Of a DNA stretch of 64,000 nt, positions 40,438 through 52,646 are shown one piece after another; within the stretch, counting starts at the first letter, position 1; the number at the start of each line of letters is the position of its first letter. A program made the translations under genes and the position numbers. The stretch is from Veleropilina oligotropha (Eukaryota): NCBI GenBank assembly GCA_048128005.1, contig JBEUKZ010000139.1, positions 1 to 64,000 of the forward strand. Direction: 5' to 3'. A model generated the notes under the pieces. It was given only the letters and a program-made list of their open reading frames with translations, did not search any database and had not been told where the DNA came from.

Positions 40438-40580
40438 TTAATTAAAATCTACCGGTTACAAAAAATAGATAGATGAGTTCCCGGCTTAAATAAACATGGG
40501 TTTATGGAGAAAAGATGTTGATTAACCAATTAAAGCCGGGAACTCATCAACCGATTTTTTGTGACCGGCAGATGTTAATT
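40438..40580. repeat. Imperfect ~140-bp palindrome at the start of an unclassified insertion
   Basis: GATGAGTTCCCGGCTT...AAGCCGGGAACTCATC with extended arms; arm motifs recur at 40827-40885. Confidence 0.7.
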
Positions 40581-40974
40581 AGCCGGCTGGCTACATCGGA
40601 AGGTAACCATCAGTAGGCATTTAAGCGCTCACATGCCGTTTTTATCGACCGGTTTGAACAGATCGAATGACATTTTAATTCCATTTTAGGTCAATTTTAC
40701 CGTGCTATTTCTTTTGAAGACTAAACAAGCGAATCGGTGTCGTTTCAATAACCGGCCGGCGATTCATGGACACTGTCAAGGATTTTTTTCCTGCTGGAAA
40801 ATAAATAATCGCGCCTGCGATACGCCCTCATCTACCGACTTTTTCGACTGATTCTAAATATCGGTAGATGAATTCCCGGCTTTACTGGCAAACCAGTTGA
40901 TATCATTATCTTGATTTTCAAAAGGCATTCGATAAATGACCACATAAACAACAAAAATCGAGTAATCATGGCAT

Positions 40975-41523
40975 AACAAGCACAGAATGTGTGCAATAAC
41001 CTGCGTCATAAGCAAAATTTCTACTGTGAAACATGTGTGATACATATAATACAGACCATGTTTCTGTATGATTTCATAGAATTCACAAATTGGTTTTCAA
41101 GAGTTACGCCCCTTTGACGCCCCTTTGACAGACTTAGTTAACTATAATAAAGTTGATTAATTATAATTTAATAAAGTATGCAAAATCTTAAAATGTTTAA
41201 CTGTTATACCTCTTTTACTACTGTGAAACATGTGTGATACATATAATACAGACCATGATTTAATATTAGTATGATTTAATATTTATTCATCAAAGAGGCT
41301 GTCATGGTAATTTGCTATTCTGTTAGGCAGCATCTCTCAATTCATACATCAAGTGGTCATGCACCTTTTTCAAATTGGCTTGTTGTCGAAGTCGCCAAAA
41401 AGGTGGAAGATCTGGTTGAAATCATTTCAAAATTGTCTTCCCCCCAAGAAGCCCAACAACAACAAGAACAACAACAACAACTTACATGTACCATTCATTG
41501 ACCCTTCTAGACGCAGGTAAAAA
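40975..41523. mobile_element. Helentron/HINE-like element with a (CAA)n microsatellite
   Basis: Subterminal ACCTGCGTC ... GACGCAGGT, internal direct repeats, CAA tract near the end. Confidence 0.6.
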
Positions 41524-42569
41524 GCCCAATACTAGATTTGGCAAGTATGTGGCTAGAAAACAGAGGGTTGTAATAAATGGGATTAAGTTAAAGTCGGAGC
41601 CGGTATAAAGTGGAGTCCCACAAGGTTCTGTATTGGGCCCATTGTGGTTTCTTATATATATTTAAATGACATTGATGACGTCATCACATCTGTAGCAAAA
41701 AAGTTCGCTGACGATACCAAAGTGCATAGAATTATCTAAACTGAAGAACATGTAAAAAATACAAAGTGACTTAAATAATGTGGTAAAGTGGCCTGAGGAT
41801 TGGCAAATGTTTTCAACACCAGTAAATGTAAAGTAATGCATGTGGTTTATAACAACAATACCTATAATTATGAAATCGGTTCAGAAACTTTAGAAGTAGT
41901 AGAAAAAGAAAACGATTTGGGTGTATGGGTAGACAAGACATTCAAAGCATCAAATCAATGCGCAGAATCAGCCAAGAACGGAAATAATATATTGGGATTG
42001 ATAAAGAGAAACTTTAATTTTAAATCCAAAGCCATCATAACACGCTTATACAAGCAAATGGTTAGACCGAATTTAGAATGGTGTCCATATCTTGCAAAGG
42101 ATATCAAAATTCTAGTCCAACGAAGAGCCACAAAATTGATAGGCGAAATGAGGAAATTACCTTATGAGGTCAGACTAAGAGCACTGACTCTCACAAAATT
42201 ATCTTTTGAGAAGGATAAGGGTTGATATGATTCAGGTGTTTAAAATGTTTACAGGAAAAACCGGATTGTCGATGAATGAAATAATCTTTTAAATAATGTA
42301 GTGGAATAGACATATGTAAACAATTTAAAAATCGCATAGATGAGCATTTTAAGAAATAGGGCAGGTTATAGATGACAAGATTACTACAATGGGTTTTTAT
42401 ATGAGTGGCAGTAATGCGCTTTCTAAACCCAAACAAATTATAATTAAATCTATTTAAATCTCCATCAGAGACAATACGGACATGACTCTCTATAATAGGA
42501 TATGAAGCTTAGTAGCAATCAATGTCATATTAATCATTCAAAACAAAATGTTCTAATGCCATAGTTTTA

Positions 42570-44225
42570 GTGACAGTTGTCGAATTATGTACGCATTGTA
42601 AACCAGCGTATTTACATTAAGTAAAGTAAAAATAAAATTTTAACCAATTGTATGTATGAGAAAAGGAGTTTGTTTCATTGGCACGCGGCTCCGTCAAATT
42701 TTTACTTTTGTGATACTTTGAGTCGTTTATAAAATCTGGTACTTGTGTGCACGTACAGTACTTACCACGGATAACCTTTTTCATCGGTTGAATTTCCACT
42801 TGAATCTGGTAATCCTAAAATCTCACCCTAAAATGAAATATTAAATGGTAACAGCCAAGGAAAATAAAAATAAAGCTAAAACAAAAAGGAGGCTGCAGTG
42901 AACCTCTAATTGGCAGCACCCGTGATAATTGTCTTCGTATAAATAGCAGAAGCATGAATCCAAATTAATTGACTTGGAAAATAACGGCATTTCACAGTAT
43001 CCTGGTGTACAGACAAAAAGATGGAAGAAAGGTTGACTTATAGGACCATAAATCATCGTTACATCTTTTGAAATGGGATATATGGATATGTGTTCTTAGC
43101 AGACTATATAATTAATTATTACAGGTTAGGCCAGCCCCAGACATTCGCACTTTGTCATGTACGAACTATTTTTGGTTTCTAATAATGATCTAAGTAATTT
43201 AATTACATTATATTTTGCTGGGGCCATAACATTAAGTATATTTTACCATTGAAAATACACTAACTGAAGCATACAATATAGTAAATGATGACCGTAAAAT
43301 AATAAGATAACGTTAAAATAATGTCGCGAAATGATAACAAAGAAAAATATATCCTATTTAAATTTATAATAGTTATGAAATAGGTAATACAAAATTTTAT
43401 TTAAAACCATCGATATAATCAAATTTTTCATAAATTACTCATTGGATAGAACATTTAATTCTAAGCACATTCATAACAAACTACTGATGAGCATATGCAT
43501 CCAACAATTAAAATAATTCACAATTTGAGAAAGCGGACATATTGCTTCAGTGTTATTAAATGCCAATTTACATGAATTACAGCAGTGGAAAACAATGCTG
43601 AAAGAATTTCATATAGAAACCATGACTCAAAATAATCTGAAGCGAGCAGAAAACTTAACCAATATCTTCGTTGGTTTAAAACCTGCGCTTTAAAAATTAC
43701 ACGACATGGTACACATTTTTTTTCCTAGTCGCAATTCCACAAACATATAATTAATGAGCCATGATATAATTTCATTGATATGACGCAAAAAACGTATGAA
43801 TACATTGCAAGAAATAGTTTCAGAAAAACGTTGTAAAGATATAAAATATACAGATAATTATAGTGGCATATCGAGAAAAGTATTATTGTTGTTTACCATG
43901 AAATCGTAATTTATCTGACTGATATCAAAATTTGAAACCATTTACAAAAACTGGCGAAGGGTGGTGTTGTATAACGAAGCTAGAGTTCTTACCTTTTTTG
44001 CCTATTCTGATACAGCTTATTTGGAACATTTCGGTACATGTCATTATCAAACTGCAAAACCAATAAATAAATCACATGTGGTGATAGCCTGCTATGTTTG
44101 CCTTATGAGACAGTACGATGCGGTAACCAAGAGACAATGCCGTGACTAGCCGTACATGCAATGACGTCACAAGAGTATCACTACGTCATGACGTCATTAA
44201 ACCACTATCGGTGTTAGAAAGAGCT
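42570..44225 (-). pseudogene. Truncated paralogous copy of the 5' end (promoter, exons 1-3) of the 24101-31428 gene
   Basis: Colinear with ~29950-31625; exon 2 encodes MYRNVPNKLYQNRQKR; exon 3 has an in-frame TAG at 42817-42815. Confidence 0.8.
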
Positions 44226-45994
44226 AAATGATGAAACTTTGTCGGTAATTAATTTGTACTCTACTAAATTCAATACTGAATAGTATTGCTCAGGAGGTGT
44301 GTTCGCCGGAATAAACTGTCCATTGTAATTTGTTGATTTTTGAAATAGTCCAATATTACTAATAATATGATACCAGAGACTAAATTATTCCAATTTTGTA
44401 AAGTTTTGAGAAACTAGCCTATAGCCTAAACTAGCCTTTTTTGAAAATTTCACTATTGCTGATCTGCGTGTACACTTTTCAATGTTTTGACCGTGTTCCA
44501 GAGTTCTGAAGTTGAAAATATGATTCAGGGTAAATCGTCACCAAATTATTAACACATGAAGGGTTTTCATCCTTCTCTCTTGTAGAGTTGGTATGTTTAG
44601 GTTCGCCATCATACTGGTGACTCTTGATGTGCGCCTATTGTTCTTGAATATATATGAATCGTAGTGATCTCATCTACGCTGCTTTAACTTGTTCAATGTC
44701 CTTCTGTAAGTATGGGTCTTTGTTTCTTTGGGTAAAATGTTAGATTACGGCTAACAAATTCAAGACCTAAATTGTCTCGGTTTGTGGTGTTATTACTGCG
44801 GATTGGACATTTTATGTTGTCACTGGTCTTACGTTTTAAATAATACTAAAACCTGTTAAAATGATAAGATAGATCACAGGCTGAAATTTTAAATATTGAG
44901 GAAGCTAAACTGAAATGCACTGGACTTCTAGACAGCAACCAACAATACGAGCCTCACACATTGACCAAGCGTTGGTTTAATTCAAAGCGTATTAAGGTTT
45001 AATAGTATATCGATCTACTAATATTGCTCGTTCCAATATTACGGAAATGAACCATTGAATGTGGTTTAATCGCGCAAACACCTGGGTATTATACTAAACA
45101 ACAACCGGACATAAATATAGGTTATACTAAGAGGTTTAGTTGTCCAGTTAAAGCACAGTTAAACCACGAGGCGTGAAAAAAAACAAAAATCTGCTGATAT
45201 AACCAATTTATACCATTATGAAAATTGCGAACTAATGTCAAATATATGTCAATAATGAATTACTATAGTGATTATAAGTGTATAAAAGTAGATCATCAGT
45301 GTTCTAAATGTCAATATAGTTAGATAAATCATAGTCGAAAATATTGCTGAATTTACAACAAATCTAGTTACCCCCGTGGAGCCCGCTAGCGACACATTGT
45401 TGATAGTCTTTCGATTCTTGTCTCGTCTTCTTGTCCCCCACTCGACTCGGTGTATTTTACTAAATACGCTTCATCATTTCATGCATACTATTATTAAGTC
45501 TATGCAATACTCTTATCTTCATGGTTTTTATAACGTTTCTCCTTGATATGTTTTGCAAATGTTATCATTTTACCACCTTTCCCTGATATAAATTTTGTTT
45601 TTTTCTGAAAACAAAGTACCCACTATCGATATTATCCTGTGAATAATTTACTTCGCTGAATCACCTCTTTTCCTCTTCAAAGACAATATTAATCACTTTC
45701 TATTAATCACAGGCTATCATCATGTTGTATGTAGGCCTATGTCATTTTGTGGCTCTCATCTCTGAACGTGATCGTTTCTTGGCTGCTTCTAACCTATTGA
45801 TCTTTTGAGCGTCTTCATTACCGTTTCATTTGCATATATTTTTAATTGAGCCTTGTGGCGATGCGAAACTAATGTAATGGTTAGATGTGTATGCGCGCAT
45901 GTGCGGCTTCGCGGTATTTTCTGTAATAAATAAAAAACCTATGCAATGAAAATTTATTTGATTTAGTATTCAATGTCACCAATATCGTCATCAA

Positions 45995-46422
45995 CAGGCG
46001 CGGATCCAGGGGGGGGCGCACCCGGCGCGCCCCCCCCCCCTAAAGTTGGCCAAGCATACTAAAATAATATGTACAAATGACTTTCAGAACATTATAAATA
46101 GGCTGTTGCAATGTAATAATGCAGGAGGGGGGTGGGGGGGGGGGGATTTCACATCGTTAATTGTCAAAATTTCTTGCGCGTGGGGCGCCGACCCCACGCG
46201 GACAATTCGATTATGACAAAATAAAATACAAATTTGACTCGTGCTATTTGAGTGACGGGGTTCATAAAAAGTTAGAATGAAATATCGCTTTTGCCCTGTC
46301 AGAGTGCAGGAGAGGGGGTTTCAGGCTGTTGATTCTCAAAATTTTCTTTCGCGTGGGGCCCCGCGAACAGTTGATAGTCAATTCAGCGCCCCCCCTAAGC
46401 GAAATTCCTGGATCCGCGCCTG
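45995..46422. mobile_element. MITE with perfect 16-bp TIRs and an apparent 5-bp TSD
   Basis: CAGGCGCGGATCCAGG at both ends; ATCAA at 45990-45994 and 46423-46427. Confidence 0.88.
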
Positions 46423-46514
46423 ATCAATATCATATTGGTAAATTAAAAACAGGATTGAACCAAAAATTCGAACTCAACTTAAGGACTGGTCATCAATTAT
46501 TATTTCTGTATGAG

Positions 46515-46780
46515 TGCATGGGAGGGTGGGGGGGTGCATGGGAGGGTGGGGGGTGCATGGGAGGGTGGGGGTGCATGGGAGGGTGGGGGGTGCATGGGAG
46601 GGTGGGGGGTGCATGGGAGGGTGGGGGTGCATGGGAGGGTGGGGGGTGCATGGGAGGGTGGGGGGTGCATGGGAGGGTGGGGGGTGCATGGGAGGGTGGG
46701 GGGGTGCATGGGGGGTGGGGGGGGTGCATGGGAGGGTGGGGGGTGCATGGGAGGGTGGGGGTGCATGGGAGGGTGGGGGT
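46515..46780. repeat. 18-19-bp G-rich minisatellite (TGCATGGGAGGGTGGGGG), G-quadruplex-capable
   Basis: About 14 tandem units, each with three G-runs. Confidence 0.95.
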
Positions 46781-47032
46781 TGTGGGCCCATGGAATTGGT
46801 CTACTGACTGTGTCAAATAAAGATGAACCACCCCCAAAGTCTGTTACATTTTTCATAACCCACCCCCAGGCGTTAACCTATTGGCTAAATAATTTATTAG
46901 GGAGTTATTTTAACTAAGTGGATTTGACGTATGGATAGCCTATCTTTAAATGTTTATTTCACAATTTATATTCAATAGTGATTTTATCTTATACGTTACT
47001 TGTGATATTGCGTGCAACTTAATCCATGACGC

Positions 47033-47294
47033 GGGCCGCTTCGGCAGCGCAGTGGGTAGAGTGTCCACTCTAACTTCACTGGCTTGATTCCGCTAATGCG
47101 AACAGTAGTGGGTTCAATACCTGGCTGAGGCATTGAAATTTGTTCAAGTGATGAATCACAGTTGTCCGTGACTGGCCGAAGAGGGCGGGTTTACCCGGGC
47201 GACCGGGGTTTCCTCCCGCGATAACACGGACATGTCCTGCCTTGAACCTCGATGTTGTAAATATACAGGACATTAAGCATCATTCCTCCCTCCC
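47033..47294 (+). mobile_element. SINE family B
   Basis: Near-identical to 52156-52414. Confidence 0.9.
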
Positions 47295-47970
47295 ATGTGG
47301 ACTGCTTATTTACAAGATTCCCAGATAAAGTGACCAACCAAGGTCATTATCATTGTCTATATGACAAAATTAACACATCAACACTATTAATTGTCGGGCA
47401 ATCGCAATTTTATAATTTGTTGTTATTTTATTTTAAACCAGTTAATTCGGCTGCCACTGTTAATTGGAGTTACGGAGTGAAATTTCATTACGATTATTTC
47501 ATTATTGATTCGCCACACTCGGAGACAATAATTATGTAATCGAAACATATTCGTAGTTTTATAGTGCTCCGTGTCATTATGTTAACCATGCATATAGATC
47601 TGCTGAATTGTCCTGCTTCGCCACTGCTTTGTGCTGTAAATCATCTGTTCTTTATACTATGGATTAATAGATTTCATCACGTTTCCGCTATGGAGCCCCA
47701 CAACACTCAGAAGATGTATTAACGTCTGAGACGCCCGAAGATAACCGAAGTAAACCACTAGACGACCCGAAACCACCCGAATATATGGTTGACCGGCGGA
47801 GTTTGGCTATTCTCTGAACTATTATATTCCATGTGGTAGCAGACAAATGTCTTAGCGGCTCAACTAGTAGCCGACCCTGACATAACTTTTGAGTATTTGG
47901 CTGACGTAACCTCGAAACTCTTAAGTCGTCACTTCCATAGGGGTTGAATCTGAAGTTTGAAAGGGGGTCA

Positions 47971-48392
47971 CAGGGTGTATACAGGATTTTGATTAAGGGG
48001 ACTCAAATTTGCAATAAGTTTACATTCAACCGTGTGCAAGAAAATTTTAGTATTGAAAACTGTGAAACAGCTTCTCCTGGGTTCTGAGGCTGCAAATGCG
48101 ATGTTTTTATATTACAATCAATGGTGTGCGGATGGGGTCCCTCATGCAAGAAAATTTTAGTAACTGAAACTGTGAAACAGCTTCTCCTGCGTTCTGTGGG
48201 GCATATGAGATTATTAATGGTGTGCAAGAAAATTTTATATTATTGAAAATGTGAAACGGCTTCATCTGCGTTTTGAGGCTGTTAATGCGATGTTTTTACA
48301 CAGCCATATATATGCACCATTTTCATAATATTTTTTTTCATGACATTTTAGGGGAGCGCGCGCCCTTTGTGCCCTCTCTGTATACGCCCCTG
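47971..48392. mobile_element. MITE, CAGGG...CCCCTG type, with internal short repeats
   Basis: CAGGGTGTATACAG ... CTGTATACGCCCCTG. Confidence 0.7.
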
Positions 48393-49131
48393 TAACCGTC
48401 CAACTTTTACAATATATTCTTAACTGTCCGCTCAACCCCACGCATATAGTGCCAGAAGTCGTCAACCGGTCGTATCTCTAGTGTGACAGACTGGGGCTTT
48501 AATAAACACTGTGAAACGGCTCATCCTGCATTCTTCAGTTTGAAAAGGCATCTAAAAAAGTCATTTATGAATAATTTACGCTTCATATGTAAGACAAAAT
48601 ATCTCACCGTTGAATAATATTTTTTTTTAAAATATTACTAATGCAAATAGACAATGCATTTTATATCCAACTAACGCATATTTTATCATTTCGCCAAGGT
48701 CATTTTTGTTAATTAGCGTGAATCAGCGCGTCCCGTATTATGGATATTGAAAAAAGCATACCAAAAAAAATAAATAAAGTCATAAATGAACAATTTACGT
48801 ATGATATATTATAATCTTGGACTTCAGGGGTGGCGTGCGCTCCAACCCCCACCCCCTGTATCCACCACAGCTAATAAATACTATTAACATTTTCTTTCAT
48901 GATAGATAAACAATTTTTTTTTAGAAGTGACATATTTTAGTTCATGTATTATTTTGCGCACAGTAATCATGCCAACTTTAATCTGGTATTGGTTGGGAAA
49001 TAAGGGAAGTGCGTTTCAACAACGTATTTGCATTTTGAAGCCCCCCAATATTGTCGCTAACCACCATAAAGCAGTTGTCATGTATTATTATTAAAGATTG
49101 CCTGCATGAGTGTAAAATTAAACAAATTAAT

Positions 49132-49530
49132 GTACCGTAAAGCTTATAATAGAGGCCCGGGCTATAAATGATTTCAGGTAGCTCGTTGACCGGCGTGTAT
49201 TAGAGGCCGGCTTTAATTAGAGGCCCGGCGATTATTAATTTCGTTGACTATTTCTGAACTTAGAACTTCACGTGATGTCCAGGTCTACTTGTGTACATGA
49301 AATCATCGAATGCTGCTTTTAAAAGTTCAAATATATTCACTTGTTCTTTACATTCATGAAATAAATCACCAGACAGCACGTGGAGTTGTCCAGACATCAC
49401 ACAGACAAACTATAAGCACGTGTATGCTTTTATTTTGGGGCGTGCCCGTTGTTTTGCATCAGGACATATCTGACTGACCCGGCGTCTATTAGAGGCCCGG
49501 CTACTATTAGAAGGTTACTATTAGAACATT
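49132..49530. mobile_element. Probable Tc1/pogo-type MITE (TACCGTA start)
   Basis: TACCGTA followed by repeated TAGAGGCCCGG subterminal motifs at both ends; right terminus degenerate. Confidence 0.5.
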
Positions 49531-49549
49531 ACCGCCTAATGGCACTACA

Positions 49550-49760
49550 GTTCTTACCTTTTTGGTCTTATCCGTTGCTTATTTAGAAAATCTCTGCACA
49601 TTTCATGATAAAGGAAATAAATAAATCACAAGCGTTGATAGAGAGTTATATATTTATACTAGGAAATAGTAAGATGCTGTAACTAAGATGGCAATGCCGT
49701 GATTGTCCTGCAAATGACGTCATAAAGTTGTCATTAGGCTATGACGTCATTAAAGACATT
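49550..49760 (-). pseudogene. Third, more diverged copy of the promoter and exons 1-2
   Basis: Aligns with 31375-31590, including the donor site TTCTTACC and both CREs. Confidence 0.7.
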
Positions 49761-50568
49761 GCGTTTAGCATATGACTATTATGGAGTGTAGAGGAGACTG
49801 TTTTTTGCGTTTTAACAACTGATGTAGAATATATGCGGGGATGTGGATATGAATATCTATATAAAATGCATTTATGGGTATTTACATCAGTAAGAATTAT
49901 ATAAATTCTTAATTTATAATATACGTAAGGATTACAGCATATATGGAGCCCATGCATGCATATCTTGTAATAGATATCCAACTTCTAAGTTCAAAGAAGG
50001 GCCACAAAATTAATATGTGAATCGAGAGAATTATCAAATGAAGATTGACTTAAAGCGTGATATAATATATATCCATTTACACTGATGCAGGACAGATTCT
50101 AGGTGACCACGATGCTAAACTCGATGATTAAAATGCATTTTTTGACTCAAACGAACTATATTTAACTATAGTTTCAATATAAAACAAAAGATATTATTAA
50201 AGTTACAGATACCAAGCTATCATGCATCCGTAGCCATGGACCGCACCGGCAGCCAAGTGAACAAAAGCATAACCGCTGTCTAACAGGAGTGGGTTCGAAT
50301 CTTCTGCTGGGCGTTTTTATAGCTAACAGTGATCCCGTGAAAATATTGACGTTCTATTATAAACCTGAATGTTGTGAAAACGTTATATTAATTAAGCATC
50401 ATTTCATATCCAAACCTTTCACAGCCCCACCATCATATTACCAGAGAATTAAGTCCACAGTATCATGCCAAAATCTGCAGAAATTGATTTATTTCATTGA
50501 ACGCTCTGCTCCACTCTGGAACTCTCTTCATGATGACATTGTTGGCTCTCACTCAGTTGTCTCCCCCT

Positions 50569-50778
50569 AGGGGGAAGCATGCCCGAGTGGATACGGTGCT
50601 AATCTACTAATGGAAGATCACGGGTTCAAGCCCCGGAAGTGCCGGGGATTTTCCAATGACCGCTGCCTCCATTGCACACAGCACCATTTCATTTCATCAT
50701 TCAAAGCTGATTGACCCGATTTATAACTGAAATACTGTTGGTGCGGTCGTTAAACATCCATTTATCGTAATCATCATC
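50569..50778 (+). mobile_element. Intact copy of SINE family A
   Basis: tRNA-like head (GGGTTCAAGCCC), body, and ACTGAAATACTGTTG...CGTTAAACA tail ending in (ATC)n. Confidence 0.85.
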
Positions 50779-51194
50779 TCTTCCTCTTGAAAGAGGTTGG
50801 TGTTTACCAGTAAACAAAATCTCAAAGGCGTTGAATAAGTATTTCCGAGAAATCTTAGTGGGAAAAAAACGCATACATGCCACACTGCCATTTAGGTGTT
50901 GATAAGTATCGTACGTAATAGAGGACACCGTTCTCGGCAACTATGTTTTTTGTCATATTGTCTGTTGGAAGATAGCCCTACACACAAGCCTTGAAAGATG
51001 TCAGTGACATGTAGGCATATGGCATGCTCCTGACAAGCAGTTAAATGACAGTTGACTTAAACAATATTTATTTATGCATTTTATTCCATCTGTTGTTTGT
51101 ATATAAGTAAAAACATATTTCTTTGATAATCAGAAAATCCTTTATTATATAATGACTAAATGTTCATTTAATAAAAAAATCTATATAGTGTATA

Positions 51195-51713
51195 TAGAGG
51201 ATATCGAACATGTGTCCATTCCATATGAGAATTATGAAACGAGTCGGGCACAATTTATGTACCGAGCCTTGGCGAGGTACATAAATTTGCTGACGAGTTT
51301 CATAATTCTCATATGAAATGGACACAAGTTTCATATCTTCTTTATCACATGACTTTATTTACCTTTAAACTTATTTTATTGCGTTTTTAAACACATTTCT
51401 TTACGTTTTAAAATTAATTTATGTCATTAATTTCGGTCATTAAACGGCCTGACCCAGACGCTTCACGCCTCGACAGCACGCGCCACTGCAGTACGCCAAT
51501 AAAAAGTAGTTCAACGTTAGTAATCGACAAGTGAACGCGTATTAATTATTCATTATGTTAATGAGGGTGATTCGCCGCCTAATCAACTTGGCGCCAGATG
51601 CGATAATCGGCCGTCATGCTCGCCCTCATTTGCATACTTATAGAACATGTCTTTTCGTATATAGATTTATGGAACGGCCTCCACAGTTCCATAACAGGTT
51701 TGTCATGTGATAA
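51195..51713 (+). mobile_element. Terminal-hairpin element, family 2 (complete)
   Basis: Hairpin ~51199-51338; inner TTTATCACATGAC (51341) inverted to the end GTCATGTGATAA. Confidence 0.82.
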
Positions 51714-51769
51714 GTTATAATATGCTGCAATCAATGACTCGTGTAAAATACAATTGCCTTGACTAGAAT

Positions 51770-51980
51770 GAGTCAATCGGTTTACTTTTACGACCACATT
51801 TTGACAATTTTTCAGTCATATAAACCTCGGTTTAACGTCTGCATCAAAATATTGGTGACAGGTTTTATTCCATTCTAATTATTTCAAGCGTTAGAACAAG
51901 CCACGACGGAGCGTGAATCGAACCCACATCCTACCATCACATTAATGTTTTTCCGATGCTGTAACAGTTGAGCTAACGAG
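51770..51980 (-). mobile_element. Degenerate SINE, family C
   Basis: Reverse complement of the family C head (GGATGTGGGTTCGATTC) and tail (GGTCGTAAAA). Confidence 0.6.
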
Positions 51981-52155
51981 AACAGTTTTCATAAGTATGA
52001 ACAATGTTTGCTTAAAGGTTTCACATTCGAACCCGCAAGTCTTTCATAACTGTTCATGCACCACAGATTAATGCAAACTTTCATGTGTTCTTTGTTCAGT
52101 GTGATTCACTTATTTGTCTACATATAAATTGTTAATCAGCCTCTGATCACCACCC

Positions 52156-52414
52156 AGGGTCGCTTCGGCAGCGCAGTGGGTAGAGTGTCCACTCCATTCA
52201 CTGGCTTGATTCCGCTAATGCGAACAGTAGTGGGTTCAATACCTGGCTGAGGCATTGAAATTTGTTCAAGTTATGAATCACAGTTGTCCGTGACTGGCCG
52301 AAGAGGGCGGGTTTACCCGGGCGATCGGAGTTTCCTCCCGCGATAACACGGACATGTCCTGCCTTGAACCTCGATGTTGTAAATATACAGGACATTAAGC
52401 ATCATTCCTCCCTC
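52156..52414 (+). mobile_element. SINE family B with a 15-bp TSD
   Basis: CCTCTGATCACCACC at 52140-52154 and 52415-52429. Confidence 0.92.
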
Positions 52415-52646
52415 CCTCTGATCACCACCAATATAGGCTATATTCCCGCCCAATGCTGGCTACATGCATATGTCTTGCATAACACATTTTGATACATAGT
52501 GTTTCACACATGTCGCTATTATAATTATTCTCTCATTATTGTCATTCGAAAATTTGGCCAAGCAGCTTATTTGTCAAAGAAAACATCATAATAAGGTTCA
52601 TCTCGTGTGACATATACGGCATTATGCATAGATTACTCTGTAATAG

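Larger units (their letters stand above)
39440..42462 (+). mobile_element. CR1-type LINE ORF2 (AP endonuclease + RT), decayed, internally deleted, interrupted at ~40435-41523
   Basis: RGGGVLLYI, GDFNYPHINW, LGSSDHDMIEF; SGVPQGSVLGP, KFADDTK, FNTSKCKVMH, VQRRATK. Confidence 0.88.

Noticed and set aside
46329..46917. Overlapping Gly-rich and Pro-rich ORFs
   Set aside because: Translations of the G-rich minisatellite
47076..47273. Recurrent 65-aa ORF (also at 52198 and 19946)
   Set aside because: Antisense to SINE family B; the similarity reflects the repeat, not a gene family
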